Positions 10,079 to 19,303 of a stretch of DNA of 64,000 bases are shown piece after piece (positions within the stretch are counted from its first letter, which is position 1; every line of letters starts with the position of its first letter). The DNA lies in contig JBHHUN010000002.1 in assembly GCA_046753765.1 (NCBI GenBank), positions 1,570 through 65,569 of the forward strand, given 5' to 3'. A program made the position numbers and the translations under genes. Origin of the DNA: Candidatus Dojkabacteria bacterium (GTDB lineage: Bacteria; Patescibacteriota; Dojkabacteria; B142; OLB20). Under the pieces are notes generated by a model. It was not told where the DNA came from. It worked only from the letters and a program-made list of their open reading frames with translations, and did not search any database.

Positions 10079-10380
10079 TGTACCGAGCAAGTCCTTCGAA
10101 AAGTTGGAGAAGATACAAAGCGAGATATCTAGGCAGCCAGGATGGTAAATTATTGACCTGGTCAGTTGTACATGCCGCTCCAGAGGGGTTCGAGCAATAC
10201 GTACCTTACGTAATAGCAATACTCGAATTAAAAGATGGCAGCAGAATAACTACTCAAATCGTTGACATAGGCTCAAAGGAGTTGAAAAGAGGTATGAAAT
10301 TCAAGCCAGCATTCAGAAAACTTTCTTCTGATGGCGATGCTGGAGTGATCCATTATGGTGTGAAATATACACCTAGTTGA
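10078..10380 (+). CDS. DUF35 OB-fold protein (thiolase/HMGCS complex scaffold subunit), lacking the Zn-ribbon
   Basis: 100 aa and start-stop overlapped with the thiolase. The OB-fold pattern (VPYVIAILELKDGSRITTQIVDIG...GMKFKPAF) matches DUF35 C-terminal domains. No cysteines are present. Confidence 0.6.
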   Translation: MYRASPSKSWRRYKARYLGSQDGKLLTWSVVHAAPEGFEQYVPYVIAILELKDGSRITTQIVDIGSKELKRGMKFKPAFRKLSSDGDAGVIHYGVKYTPS

Positions 10381-10523
10381 GCTGAGACGTTGTGCGCTTT
10401 GCTAGAGTTAAAGCGAGTCTCGAGAAACAATCATCCCGAATACGTGTAGCCCGCAAGTATAAAAAGTAGTTTGCCCATCACGACAAATAGTTTATAATCT
10501 AGGCAATTAGACGAATATATGTA

Positions 10524-10922
10524 ATGGCTGACTTCAGTGGAAAATCAGTATTGGTTGTTGAAGATGACGGCAGCCTCAGACGTGCTCTAAAACAGGCGCT
10601 TCAAGGCGAAGGCATCGAAGTAATCGAAGCCGTGGATGGAAATGGGGCAGTTAATATGGCGCTTAGCGTGCATCCAGACCTCATTCTCCTGGACCTGATT
10701 ATGCCGAATATGGATGGAGTTGCTGCTTTGCAACGAATCAGAGAGGATGTTTGGGGGTTAACTGCTAAAGTGATTGTTCTCACCAATCTAGATGAAGATG
10801 ACACAGTTATTAACGAAATGGTGAAACAGCAACCGACATATTATCTTGTAAAAGCCCAAAACTCGCTAAACGAAGTCATCGAAAAGATCAAAGTTGTTCT
10901 TTCCGGCCCCGAATCTTCATAA
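10524..10922 (+). CDS. stand-alone response-regulator receiver domain (CheY-like)
   Basis: VLVVEDDGSLRRAL...DLILLDLIMPNMDG with no output domain. Confidence 0.8.
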   Translation: MADFSGKSVLVVEDDGSLRRALKQALQGEGIEVIEAVDGNGAVNMALSVHPDLILLDLIMPNMDGVAALQRIREDVWGLTAKVIVLTNLDEDDTVINEMVKQQPTYYLVKAQNSLNEVIEKIKVVLSGPESS

Positions 10923-10940
10923 TGTTTTCGTAAGTTTGAT

Positions 10941-11114
10941 ATGGATACTGACCAGGAACTCAAAATGGTGGAAGAGGCAAAAGGTGATATTCACGTCTTT
11001 GATAGGCTGTATGAGTACTATCTTCCAAAGATTCATGCTTACTGCCGCAACCGAGTAAGCTCGGTTGAGGTCGCTGAAGATTTAACAAGTCGGTTTCTCA
11101 TTTATACAAACTGA
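10941..11114 (+). pseudogene. ECF sigma-70 factor remnant (region 2 only, truncated)
   Basis: 57-aa ORF MDTDQELKMVEEAKGDIHVFDRLYEYYLPKIHAYCRNRVSSVEVAEDLTSRFLIYTN* matches sigma region 2.1-2.2 and then stops. No region 4 follows. Downstream, 11106-11280 holds an unrelated frame fragment (...VRILGEGRAIINLDDGAVYL*). Confidence 0.4.
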
Positions 11115-11248
11115 TCAAACACTCACTTTCCCGACAGGTAATCAGGTAAGTGCCAAGCTTGCCGAAGACGGTTGGTTCAGTGCAGAAGATGGTGTAATGC
11201 TATCTGAAGGCTCAGCCGTGAGGATTCTTGGCGAAGGCCGTGCAATCA

Positions 11249-11740
11249 TCAATCTTGATGACGGGGCAGTGTATCTCTGACAGACTGTAAGTCTGTGCCT
11301 TGGTAGTTGGCTCTAATATGGATAAATAACTCTGTGAGCGCGTCTCCGGCTTGACTGGCTAGGGTTTTATTGCTTGGCACGGTTTGGGGGAGTCTAAATA
11401 GCGCGAATCTATTGCCTGATTCGGCAGCTGCGTGAAGTGCGTCTGGAATTACGTGAGAATCCGTTTCGGGGCTCACAGCTTGAACGAACGCTGTACACAC
11501 TTCACCAAGATTAGCGGCTAACGAATGATCACGGTCTACTACGCCAACTATCTCTTGATCCTTTCCTGGAAATATCGAGACACCAAAGACTCTCAAGTTA
11601 GTGTCTGCCGCATTTATGACTCTTTGTAACGGTTCTCCGATTAATAGCTCTCCTTGAATCAGCCTCAATGCGGGGGCCAAATCTCCGTACCTGCTCACAT
11701 CGATAGTTTCTGACATGACCAGATCATAAAGAGTGGTCAA
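11249..11740 (-). CDS. hypothetical protein
   Basis: 163-aa ORF with somewhat higher GC than its neighbours and no motif I can assign. Confidence 0.35.
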   Translation of the reverse strand: MTTLYDLVMSETIDVSRYGDLAPALRLIQGELLIGEPLQRVINAADTNLRVFGVSIFPGKDQEIVGVVDRDHSLAANLGEVCTAFVQAVSPETDSHVIPDALHAAAESGNRFALFRLPQTVPSNKTLASQAGDALTELFIHIRANYQGTDLQSVRDTLPRHQD

Positions 11741-11764
11741 TTATACGCCTGTAACCATGTAGAT

Positions 11765-14164
11765 TCAAGTTTGCACGGTACGACTGATCAATAAGCGATT
11801 TGTGATTGAAAACAAGACTAGGTACACCAGAGCCATCATGAGCACCATTGTCCACTGCCTCTCATCTAATACGTAGAGCCTGAATAGATCCCTAACTGGA
11901 GCGATTGCTATCCCGCCAAGATATAAAACAACGCCAATTAGAGCTATGAAAATATTTCTGTTAATTGAAAACATCTGGGGTATTGAAAAAGAGTTGTTGA
12001 TTACGCTGAGATAGTTCACCATCCCGCAAAGAATCAGAAACGAAAGGATAACGCCTCTGATAGCCGTTTGCGAATAGATATCGGTATACAGGTAGATGAA
12101 TATCAGACCGATCAGTCCGGCCAGTAGCCCCCCCGAGAAAATGAAGCGATAAAGGTTAGGCAAGAAATTGATTGCATCTGATCTTAACTTTGGTTTATCC
12201 AGAATTACCCATATCACTGGTAGAGAGCCATTTATAAACGCCAGATAAAACAATCCTAGCGGGTAAAATGGAAATAACAGACCGAGAAACAGTGTACCTA
12301 CAATCAATATTAGTGAGTAGACGTTCTTTACGACCAGAAGTTGTGTAGCTCGGAGCGTGTTTGCGAGAATAATCCTCCCCTGCTCAACCACGTCAGCCAA
12401 TTTAGCAATGTTGTCATCAATTAGAATGATGTCTGCGATCTTCTTGGTTACATTAGCCCCACTACCCATAGCGACACCAAGATTCGCCTGCTTTATGGCA
12501 AGCGCATCATTGACACCGTCACCGATCATTGCAACGTATCCATATACCTTCTGATAAGATTTTATAATTTCAACCTTCTGTTCTGGTGTAACGCGAGCAA
12601 AAACGTCATTACTTATAACCACCTCGTCAAAATCTGCCTGATTTTTGTTTTCAAGCTCTTTGCCAGAAGTATAATGACTGATTGAGGGGATATTTAGCTG
12701 ACTGATCAACGCTCTCAGTGTTTCAGGATGATCCCCGGAAATGATCACAGGTTTGATCTCCTGGTTGATGAAGCTATCGATGATGCTTTTTGCTCCTCTT
12801 CTTAGTTTATCCTCCAGACTTATGAATGCGAGCGTATCAAAGCCCTTCTTCTGCCTTTCAATATCTGAGTTTTCAGAAGTTTTCACTTTGCGGTAAAGGA
12901 TAACAAGATTCCTTCTTCCAAGCGAGGCATATTTTGTCTCCAGGCTGCTTAAGACCTCTCTGTTTTTCTCGCTAGTGTAACTCCCCAGACTGTCCAAAGA
13001 ACCCAGTAGCAGTTGATATCTTTGCTTTTTATAGACGATATCTAGCCCACTGAGCTTTCGCCTCGATGTAAAAGGGATCTGCTTTAGCACTTTCACATCT
13101 TTCCCTCTTGGTTTACCATTAAGTCCATCTCTAATAGCTAATATGGTCTTGTTTTGCTCCAGGGTGTTGTTACAAAATACTGAGGTCAGCTCTGAAGCCC
13201 TCTCCCCGTCAGCCAGATTGATGAAGTCCTCCATCTTGAGTTTGTTTTCGGTGATAGTACCCGTCTTGTCCATACAAAGCACCTTTATACTTGCCAACGT
13301 TTCGATTGTGTTTGCTTTCTGGACAATGATCTTTTTGCGTGCCATTCTTAGTGCCCCTAGAACAAAGGCAATGGTTACTGACAGCACAATCCCCTGCGGT
13401 ACCATTGAATTGATAACCGAAACGATAGCATTCACAATTTCCACTTCAGACGAGTTTGAGGTGATAGTATTGATGGTTAGCAACACGGCGATCACAGCTA
13501 TTGTAATGTAGGTAAGTGTCTTAAGGATTAGGTTGACCCTGGCCTGTAGTGGTGAAAGATATGATATATAGGATCTTGCTTCTGTTGTGATTTTGTTCAC
13601 AAAACTTTCGTTGCCAACAGAGTCAGCGCTGTAATATCCCTTTCCGGCAACGATAAATGATCCAGATAAAAGTCTGTCCCCCGGCTCTTTCTTTGCGTAC
13701 TCCGATTCGCCGCTTAGAATAGATTCGTCAACCGATAAAGCCTCTTCGTTAATAATGTCGCCATCGACATGCAGATACTTGCCACTTTCGAGCTTTATTA
13801 CATCGTCAACCACGATTTCTTCTGGCTTTATCTCTACGTCCTGTCCGTCTCTGACCACAGTGACCTTTTCAGGATTTAGAAAGTTGATCTGTTTAATTGA
13901 GTTTCGTGCTTTGATCTCCTGCACTATGGAGATAATCATATTAGTAATGATCACGAGAGAGACCAAAAATGCATCTTTTACCTGATCAAAAAGTATGAGG
14001 AACCCAATTGAGATAAAGATAATGGCGTTGGGCAGATCAATGAGGTTAGAAAACACAATGAGAACGATCGACTTTGACTGTGGATCCTCACCAACGTTGA
14101 CTCTTCCTTCTCTGCTTCGCTTTTCGACTTCGCTTTTGGTTAAACCAGTAATTTGCTCTGACAT
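11765..14164 (-). CDS. cation-transporting P-type ATPase (P2-type, Ca2+/Mg2+-like)
   Basis: Phosphorylation motif CMDKTGTITEN, hinge GDGVNDALAIKQANLGVAMG and about 8-10 TM helices. Confidence 0.85.
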   Translation of the reverse strand: MSEQITGLTKSEVEKRSREGRVNVGEDPQSKSIVLIVFSNLIDLPNAIIFISIGFLILFDQVKDAFLVSLVIITNMIISIVQEIKARNSIKQINFLNPEKVTVVRDGQDVEIKPEEIVVDDVIKLESGKYLHVDGDIINEEALSVDESILSGESEYAKKEPGDRLLSGSFIVAGKGYYSADSVGNESFVNKITTEARSYISYLSPLQARVNLILKTLTYITIAVIAVLLTINTITSNSSEVEIVNAIVSVINSMVPQGIVLSVTIAFVLGALRMARKKIIVQKANTIETLASIKVLCMDKTGTITENKLKMEDFINLADGERASELTSVFCNNTLEQNKTILAIRDGLNGKPRGKDVKVLKQIPFTSRRKLSGLDIVYKKQRYQLLLGSLDSLGSYTSEKNREVLSSLETKYASLGRRNLVILYRKVKTSENSDIERQKKGFDTLAFISLEDKLRRGAKSIIDSFINQEIKPVIISGDHPETLRALISQLNIPSISHYTSGKELENKNQADFDEVVISNDVFARVTPEQKVEIIKSYQKVYGYVAMIGDGVNDALAIKQANLGVAMGSGANVTKKIADIILIDDNIAKLADVVEQGRIILANTLRATQLLVVKNVYSLILIVGTLFLGLLFPFYPLGLFYLAFINGSLPVIWVILDKPKLRSDAINFLPNLYRFIFSGGLLAGLIGLIFIYLYTDIYSQTAIRGVILSFLILCGMVNYLSVINNSFSIPQMFSINRNIFIALIGVVLYLGGIAIAPVRDLFRLYVLDERQWTMVLMMALVYLVLFSITNRLLISRTVQT

Positions 14165-14390
14165 AAAAAGGTATTGACCGTAATGGATATTGTACCTGAT
14201 TAATCAGGTAACTCAAATCCCCATCTGTCGCGAGAGAGCCTGCGTTTATTGTAGGTGATAAGCAGTAGACCAAAAAGGCTGAGTTTTATCGTCTTGGAGC
14301 TGTTTTCGACGTGTATGATCATGGTAATAGACAAGTATGGCATGCATATACCACATCTGTGGGAAGAACCGCATTGTGTTGCAGCACAAA

Positions 14391-15380
14391 TTAGAGCTTT
14401 TTCAGGAATTTGAAGTAAAACAGCAGAGTGGATACGGAAATCAAGGCTATCCCCCCGCCAACGAGTAAGTGCCCGGGTTGTATCTGCTCGAAGGAAAGCG
14501 TTTGTTGTGGTAGCGAAGCGACAGGTGTAGCCGTAGGAACCTCAGCAAGCACATTGGACTCGTTCAAGGATCCTGTAGCAAACTCTGCCTCGGTAATGTT
14601 TCCAGATGCAGTAATGAATTCAATGTTTGTATCCACCCTTACGGCAAAGCCTGTATTCGCGACAAAACAGGGGGATTGGTTATTGTTCGCACTTTGAATA
14701 GACGAGACTACACCAACTAGATTGTTTGTACCATCCTCAAAGATAGGGCTGCCGCTATCACCAAGGCATAGCCCGCCGTCTAAACCAGTGACCTTGAGTG
14801 TATTTTCGTTGATCTCGTTAATGCATATGCGAGCACTCTTGCGTGGTCTGTTTAAAGATAAGACAGCTGTGTCATCCTCTGTTCTGCCGTATGCTACAAC
14901 GCGATACCGACAAGTTGTATCAACTTCTCCTCTGACAGCAAATTGTGTAGAGTCAGGCGGACTGGCTTCGAGATTAAAAACAGCCAGGTCGTTGGTGCTT
15001 GTCTGTCCATTCCAGCCTGGAAGCTGTGTTGCATCTGAGACCTCTGCAAGATTAGAGGGGTTTGTTGTGAATTCACCTACACCTGCAAAATAACTGCTGC
15101 CGTTGTCTATGCAGTGAGCTGCAGTGACACCAGTTGTTGGAGCAATTAAGGCAAAGCCACAAAGGTTCCCCTGATTCTCTTCGTCGTAACTGACCATGAA
15201 ACCAGCAAAAGGGTAGCTGGCCTCTAGCTGTCCACCAAATAGAGCTGATGTGTCCTCTGGTGTTACATCTGTCTTTTGTTGCAGGCTTACATTGATGAGG
15301 ATAGCCGCGCCGACCCCAACACCAATAAGTCCAAGCACGAGAAGTGCAGTGAGCGGCGATTTTCTGATTTTATCTAACAT
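14391..15380 (-). CDS. secreted trypsin-like (S1) serine protease with C-terminal membrane anchor
   Basis: His motif TAAHC, Ser motif GDSGSP and an N-terminal signal/TM. The C-terminus reads LPQQT...hydrophobic stretch...KFLKKL. Confidence 0.7.
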   Translation of the reverse strand: MLDKIRKSPLTALLVLGLIGVGVGAAILINVSLQQKTDVTPEDTSALFGGQLEASYPFAGFMVSYDEENQGNLCGFALIAPTTGVTAAHCIDNGSSYFAGVGEFTTNPSNLAEVSDATQLPGWNGQTSTNDLAVFNLEASPPDSTQFAVRGEVDTTCRYRVVAYGRTEDDTAVLSLNRPRKSARICINEINENTLKVTGLDGGLCLGDSGSPIFEDGTNNLVGVVSSIQSANNNQSPCFVANTGFAVRVDTNIEFITASGNITEAEFATGSLNESNVLAEVPTATPVASLPQQTLSFEQIQPGHLLVGGGIALISVSTLLFYFKFLKKL

Positions 15381-15456
15381 GTAGATGTTATTTTCTTAAA
15401 AATACCATAGAGCTGTTTGTATTTGAAGTTAGGCCTATATTGCGAAGAGTGGGAGC

Positions 15457-15933
15457 TTATGGAAGAGGAATTTCAAGCGTTAATATAGCCTTCTTGAAGC
15501 CATGTCTCTCATAAAAACGTAGACCCTCAGAGTTCTTGACATGCTGCATTACGGTTATTCTTTTAGCGTCGAGTTTCTTTACATCATCTTTAAACCTCTC
15601 AATGAGTTTTGATCCGATACCTTTACTGCGGTGCTCAGGGAGAACGAACAAATTGATGATCTCTGCGGTTTTCTTGGGGATTCTCCACTCAACGTCATGA
15701 ACCTTACAAACCAAGTAACCAACAATACTGCCCTCGACACTAGCAAGAAGGACTACGCCATTATCGCTCACAATCTGCCTGGCAAAAAATTCTCTTCCAG
15801 GAGACCTTTCGCCCCAGGTGGGATCATATGAGTCATCTTTGTACTTTTTCGTCTCATATTCCGTAAGAGCTTTTGCAAACTGACTTACCTGCTTGAGGTC
15901 TGTTAATTCTGCTTCTCTTATGTGGATTTTCAT
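15457..15933 (-). CDS. GNAT-family N-acetyltransferase
   Basis: Acetyl-CoA-binding region HRSKGIGSKLI and C-terminal RFYERHGF. Confidence 0.7.
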   Translation of the reverse strand: MKIHIREAELTDLKQVSQFAKALTEYETKKYKDDSYDPTWGERSPGREFFARQIVSDNGVVLLASVEGSIVGYLVCKVHDVEWRIPKKTAEIINLFVLPEHRSKGIGSKLIERFKDDVKKLDAKRITVMQHVKNSEGLRFYERHGFKKAILTLEIPLP

Positions 15934-15951
15934 TATGGAAGAGTGCTTATC

Positions 15952-16028
15952 TGGTGGGCACCAAGGGACTCGAACCCCTAACCTATTCGGTGTAAACGAA
16001 TTGCTCTAACCAGTTGAGCTAGGTGCCC
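15952..16028 (-). tRNA. tRNA-Val (TAC)
   Basis: Reverse complement GGGCACCTAGCTCAACTGGTTAGAGCAATTCGTTTACACCGAATAGGTTAGGGGTTCGAGTCCCTTGGTGCCCACCA. The anticodon loop TTTACAC gives TAC; CCA is encoded. Confidence 0.85.
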
Positions 16029-16069
16029 AGAAGTTTTCAATTATACTATACCTCGCAAACTTGTAACTT

Positions 16070-16089
16070 TGGTGCCGAGGGCCGGATTT
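16070..16089 (-). repeat. 20-nt direct repeat copying the 3-prime end of tRNA-Phe (att-site-like remnant)
   Basis: TGGTGCCGAGGGCCGGATTT at 16070-16089 is identical to 16205-16224, which is the tRNA-Phe T-loop-to-CCA end. A TTTTCAATG motif flanks both copies. Confidence 0.6.
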
Positions 16090-16204
16090 TTCAATGCAGA
16101 CTTTGCTTTTACAAACGCAGTGAAGTAAAAGTAATAGTCAAATTAATCCCGACAAAGTCGGGAGAACCGGCTCACTCTTAGCGCCTGATATAACTAATTT
16201 TCAA

Positions 16205-16280
16205 TGGTGCCGAGGGCCGGATTTGAACCGGCGACACCGCGATTTTCAGTCGCGTGCTCTACCAACTGAGCTACCTCGGC
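16205..16280 (-). tRNA. tRNA-Phe (GAA)
   Basis: Reverse complement GCCGAGGTAGCTCAGTTGGTAGAGCACGCGACTGAAAATCGCGGTGTCGCCGGTTCAAATCCGGCCCTCGGCACCA. The anticodon loop CTGAAAA gives GAA. Confidence 0.85.
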
Positions 16281-16341
16281 CCGACACCGTGAACACTCTA
16301 AAACAGTATAGATTATATTGAAATTCAGGGATATTCACAAG

Positions 16342-17460
16342 TTACAGAAAGTAAATCCAGACCCCTAAAAGCATACTGGCGATAGCAAAAAGCCAAAAAC
16401 GCATGACTACTTTCTCTTCGCTCCAGCCAAGTAACTCAAAGTGATGGTGTAAGGGTGCCATTCTGAAAAATCTACGACCAAAGAACCTTCTATATATGCT
16501 CTGAATTACAACACTAGCAATTTCAATTACAAACGGTAACCCAAAGGCTAAAAGAAGAATTGGCTTGTCGAGTGCAAAAGCAGCCGTTGTGAGCAGTGAT
16601 CCAAGCGCGAAAGCCCCAACGTCTCCCATCTGTACCCTGGCAGGCGCAACATTAAAATACAGGTACATCACAAGCGAACCGATAACAGTCCCTGTTAGTA
16701 AGGCCATTGAAGTGTTTCCCTCTAGTGTAGCAATTACAAGAAACCCACCAAATGCAGGTAGTAATATTCCTGCCGAGAGTCCATCCATTCCATCAGTTAT
16801 GTTGACTGCATTTGTCATGGCAACAAGTGTAAACGTAGCAAAAGGAATTACTAAAAACGAAATATTGATTCCTCCAATAAATGGCAACCAGACAAATCCT
16901 GGATCGAGTACTACACCTGAAGTAAAAAACCAGTAACCCAACAATAACCCAAGTGCCGTTTGTACCAGGAGTCTCTCGTGAGCGAACAAACCTTTTCCGG
17001 GGTGTGACTCAAATACATGGACAAGTCTCGAGTAAAATGCCCATGGGTAGGTCAATACCAGTTTGAAGCGCATGAACTGGCTTTTGTGAACCGCTATAAG
17101 CTTTCGCACTCGACTAAGTGGCCTAAGCTTCCGCGCTTTGCCATAAATATTCAACACATCGTCAATTCCCCCAAGTAAGGCGGAAAGAACAAATATCACT
17201 ATAGGAATATCGGTGAAAGTGTCAAAGTTGGCAATCAGGTTCATAAAAGCTATAGGAAGAATAATCATGAGCCCCCCCATAATAGGAGTGCCAGCCTTCT
17301 CTTTTCGGCTCTCTATTAATGCTGAGAAATCAACATCGAAATGGCGAACAATATCAAACTTGTATAGGAGGGCAATCAGGGGAAAGGCGATCACCCCAGT
17401 AAGCAGTGTCGAAAAAATGATGTACGTAATCACCTGAAACGTGTCTATCCCATTAATCAT
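16342..17460 (-). CDS. mraY: phospho-N-acetylmuramoyl-pentapeptide transferase
   Basis: Polytopic membrane protein with the DD motif (LGGIDDVLNI) and the MraY-specific APLHHHFELLGW...VVMRFW motif. Confidence 0.8.
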   Translation of the reverse strand: MINGIDTFQVITYIIFSTLLTGVIAFPLIALLYKFDIVRHFDVDFSALIESRKEKAGTPIMGGLMIILPIAFMNLIANFDTFTDIPIVIFVLSALLGGIDDVLNIYGKARKLRPLSRVRKLIAVHKSQFMRFKLVLTYPWAFYSRLVHVFESHPGKGLFAHERLLVQTALGLLLGYWFFTSGVVLDPGFVWLPFIGGINISFLVIPFATFTLVAMTNAVNITDGMDGLSAGILLPAFGGFLVIATLEGNTSMALLTGTVIGSLVMYLYFNVAPARVQMGDVGAFALGSLLTTAAFALDKPILLLAFGLPFVIEIASVVIQSIYRRFFGRRFFRMAPLHHHFELLGWSEEKVVMRFWLFAIASMLLGVWIYFL

Positions 17461-17517
17461 AGTATTTCAACTCATTGCACCATTTTAATACTTTTGGTCG
17501 ATTAAACAAAGAGGGTT

Positions 17518-17742
17518 TTGTGTTATCATTTCCTAGCAATGATTAAGAAACTCATAACACCGATGCAAAAAGTCTTGCTAAGGCGTAGACTGTGTCCTGC
17601 GTGTACCAGACCACTAGACAAGGCGTTGTTAAGAGAAAGCCGTACCAATAGTACCAACCTGATTGAATGTAACTGTACGCGTCTTTTCATATACGATAAA
17701 GATGTAGATACGTTCAGACGTGCCCTGCAGCACGAAGTGTAG
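17518..17742 (+). CDS. small Cys-rich (zinc-ribbon-like) hypothetical protein
   Basis: CPAC...CNC cysteine pairs. The ORF is short and support is weak. Confidence 0.25.
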   Translation: MCYHFLAMIKKLITPMQKVLLRRRLCPACTRPLDKALLRESRTNSTNLIECNCTRLFIYDKDVDTFRRALQHEV

Positions 17743-17754
17743 CTTCCAGATCAG

Positions 17755-19287
17755 ATGAGAATCCAAATCAGAAATAAAAAACACCTAACTGAGCTTCCAA
17801 AGGCGCCAGGCTGTTATATATATCGCGACAAAAAGGGAAAAGTTCTATATATCGGTAAGGCTCGAATTCTGATTAATCGAGTTAGGAGTTATTTTCAAAA
17901 AAGCGCGCAACTTGAGCCGAAGATCGCTATGATGGTCGAGTTGATTCACTCGGTGGAGACAATAGTCACAGACTCCGAGCTTGAGGCTTTGATCCTTGAA
18001 ACAAACCTGATCAAGAAATACAAGCCCAAGTACAACTCAATGCTCAAAGACGATAAAAGTTATATCTGGTTGATGTTTGACAAAAGGGTTCCGTTCCCTA
18101 TTCCACAGATTGTAAGAGAAAAACGGGTCAAAAATGCAGACTACCTCGGACCATTCTCAAATACAATGCCAGTCAGGAGAATACTTCGCATGCTTAGAAA
18201 GATATTTCCCTACTGTACCGACAAAGAAAAGCTACGAAGGTCAAGTTCGTCCAAGTTTAAGAAGGAGCAACTGAAGCCATGTTTTCACTACTATCTCGAC
18301 CTTTGTGAAGGAATTTGTGTGCGAGAAGAATCAAAATCCGAGTATCGTAAAAAGCTGAGCCAGATAAAGCGATTTTTCAAAAACGAGAAAAATGAGATAT
18401 TAAAAGAAATGACATCAAAGATGCGGAAGACTTCTGCACTAAAAGATTACGAACAAGCTGCAAAACTTCGTGACAAGATATTAGACCTGGAATATATCAG
18501 CCAGAGGATCACGATTGATCAACGATACGATGAGGACCTGTTCAAAAAGGACAAGTCAGATCGCGCAGTTAAAGCCCTGGAAGAACTCATAGGCAAACTG
18601 GATAAACTATCTCTCGTGAATCAGCAGGGTTTTAAGATAGAGTGTTACGACATCTCAAACATACAGGGAAAGTACGCAGTCGGCTCGATGGTTGTGTTTG
18701 TTGATGGTAAGCCTTCAAAAAAGCTATACAGAAAGTTCAAGATTAAAACAAAAGATACACCAGATGACTTCTTGATGATGAAAGAGGTATTAAAGAGGAG
18801 ATTTTCAATTGACAACAAGAAGCGAGGTGACGAGAGTTTCAGACAGGAGCCAGATCTCATCATTATTGACGGTGGGAAAGGACAACTGAGTTCGGCATAC
18901 AAGGTATTGTCAGACCTGGACCTCGAGGTTGCTGTCATAGGTCTTGCAAAAAAGTTTGAGGAGGTCTTTATGATTGAGCCATCAAAAGATGATGAAGGAT
19001 GGGAATTTATCAAAAGAACCATGAGACGTGGATCGGAGTCGAAATTTTTGGTCCAACGAATAAGGGATGAATCTCATAGGTTTGCAATTAACTATCACAG
19101 AAATCTCCGGAGTACAGGCCAAACCAAGTCTGTACTGGATTCAATTCCCGGAGTTGGCAAACTCACAAGAAACAGATTACTTAAAGCGTTTGGAAGCGTA
19201 GAGGGCGTTCGCAAGGCAAAAGATGAGGAGCTGCAACAGGTGATTAAGAACAGGTCAACTCTCACGAAGCTTAGAAGGCTCCTATAA
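17755..19287 (+). CDS. uvrC: excinuclease ABC subunit C
   Basis: N-terminal GIY-YIG nuclease (GCYIYRDKKGKVLYIGKA...), a central UvrBC-interaction region and a C-terminal RNase H-like domain plus HhH (GVGKLTRNRLLKAFGSVEGV). It is shorter (510 aa) than typical UvrC. Confidence 0.85.
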   Translation: MRIQIRNKKHLTELPKAPGCYIYRDKKGKVLYIGKARILINRVRSYFQKSAQLEPKIAMMVELIHSVETIVTDSELEALILETNLIKKYKPKYNSMLKDDKSYIWLMFDKRVPFPIPQIVREKRVKNADYLGPFSNTMPVRRILRMLRKIFPYCTDKEKLRRSSSSKFKKEQLKPCFHYYLDLCEGICVREESKSEYRKKLSQIKRFFKNEKNEILKEMTSKMRKTSALKDYEQAAKLRDKILDLEYISQRITIDQRYDEDLFKKDKSDRAVKALEELIGKLDKLSLVNQQGFKIECYDISNIQGKYAVGSMVVFVDGKPSKKLYRKFKIKTKDTPDDFLMMKEVLKRRFSIDNKKRGDESFRQEPDLIIIDGGKGQLSSAYKVLSDLDLEVAVIGLAKKFEEVFMIEPSKDDEGWEFIKRTMRRGSESKFLVQRIRDESHRFAINYHRNLRSTGQTKSVLDSIPGVGKLTRNRLLKAFGSVEGVRKAKDEELQQVIKNRSTLTKLRRLL

Positions 19288-19303
19288 GGAGTAGTCTAGC
19301 AGG

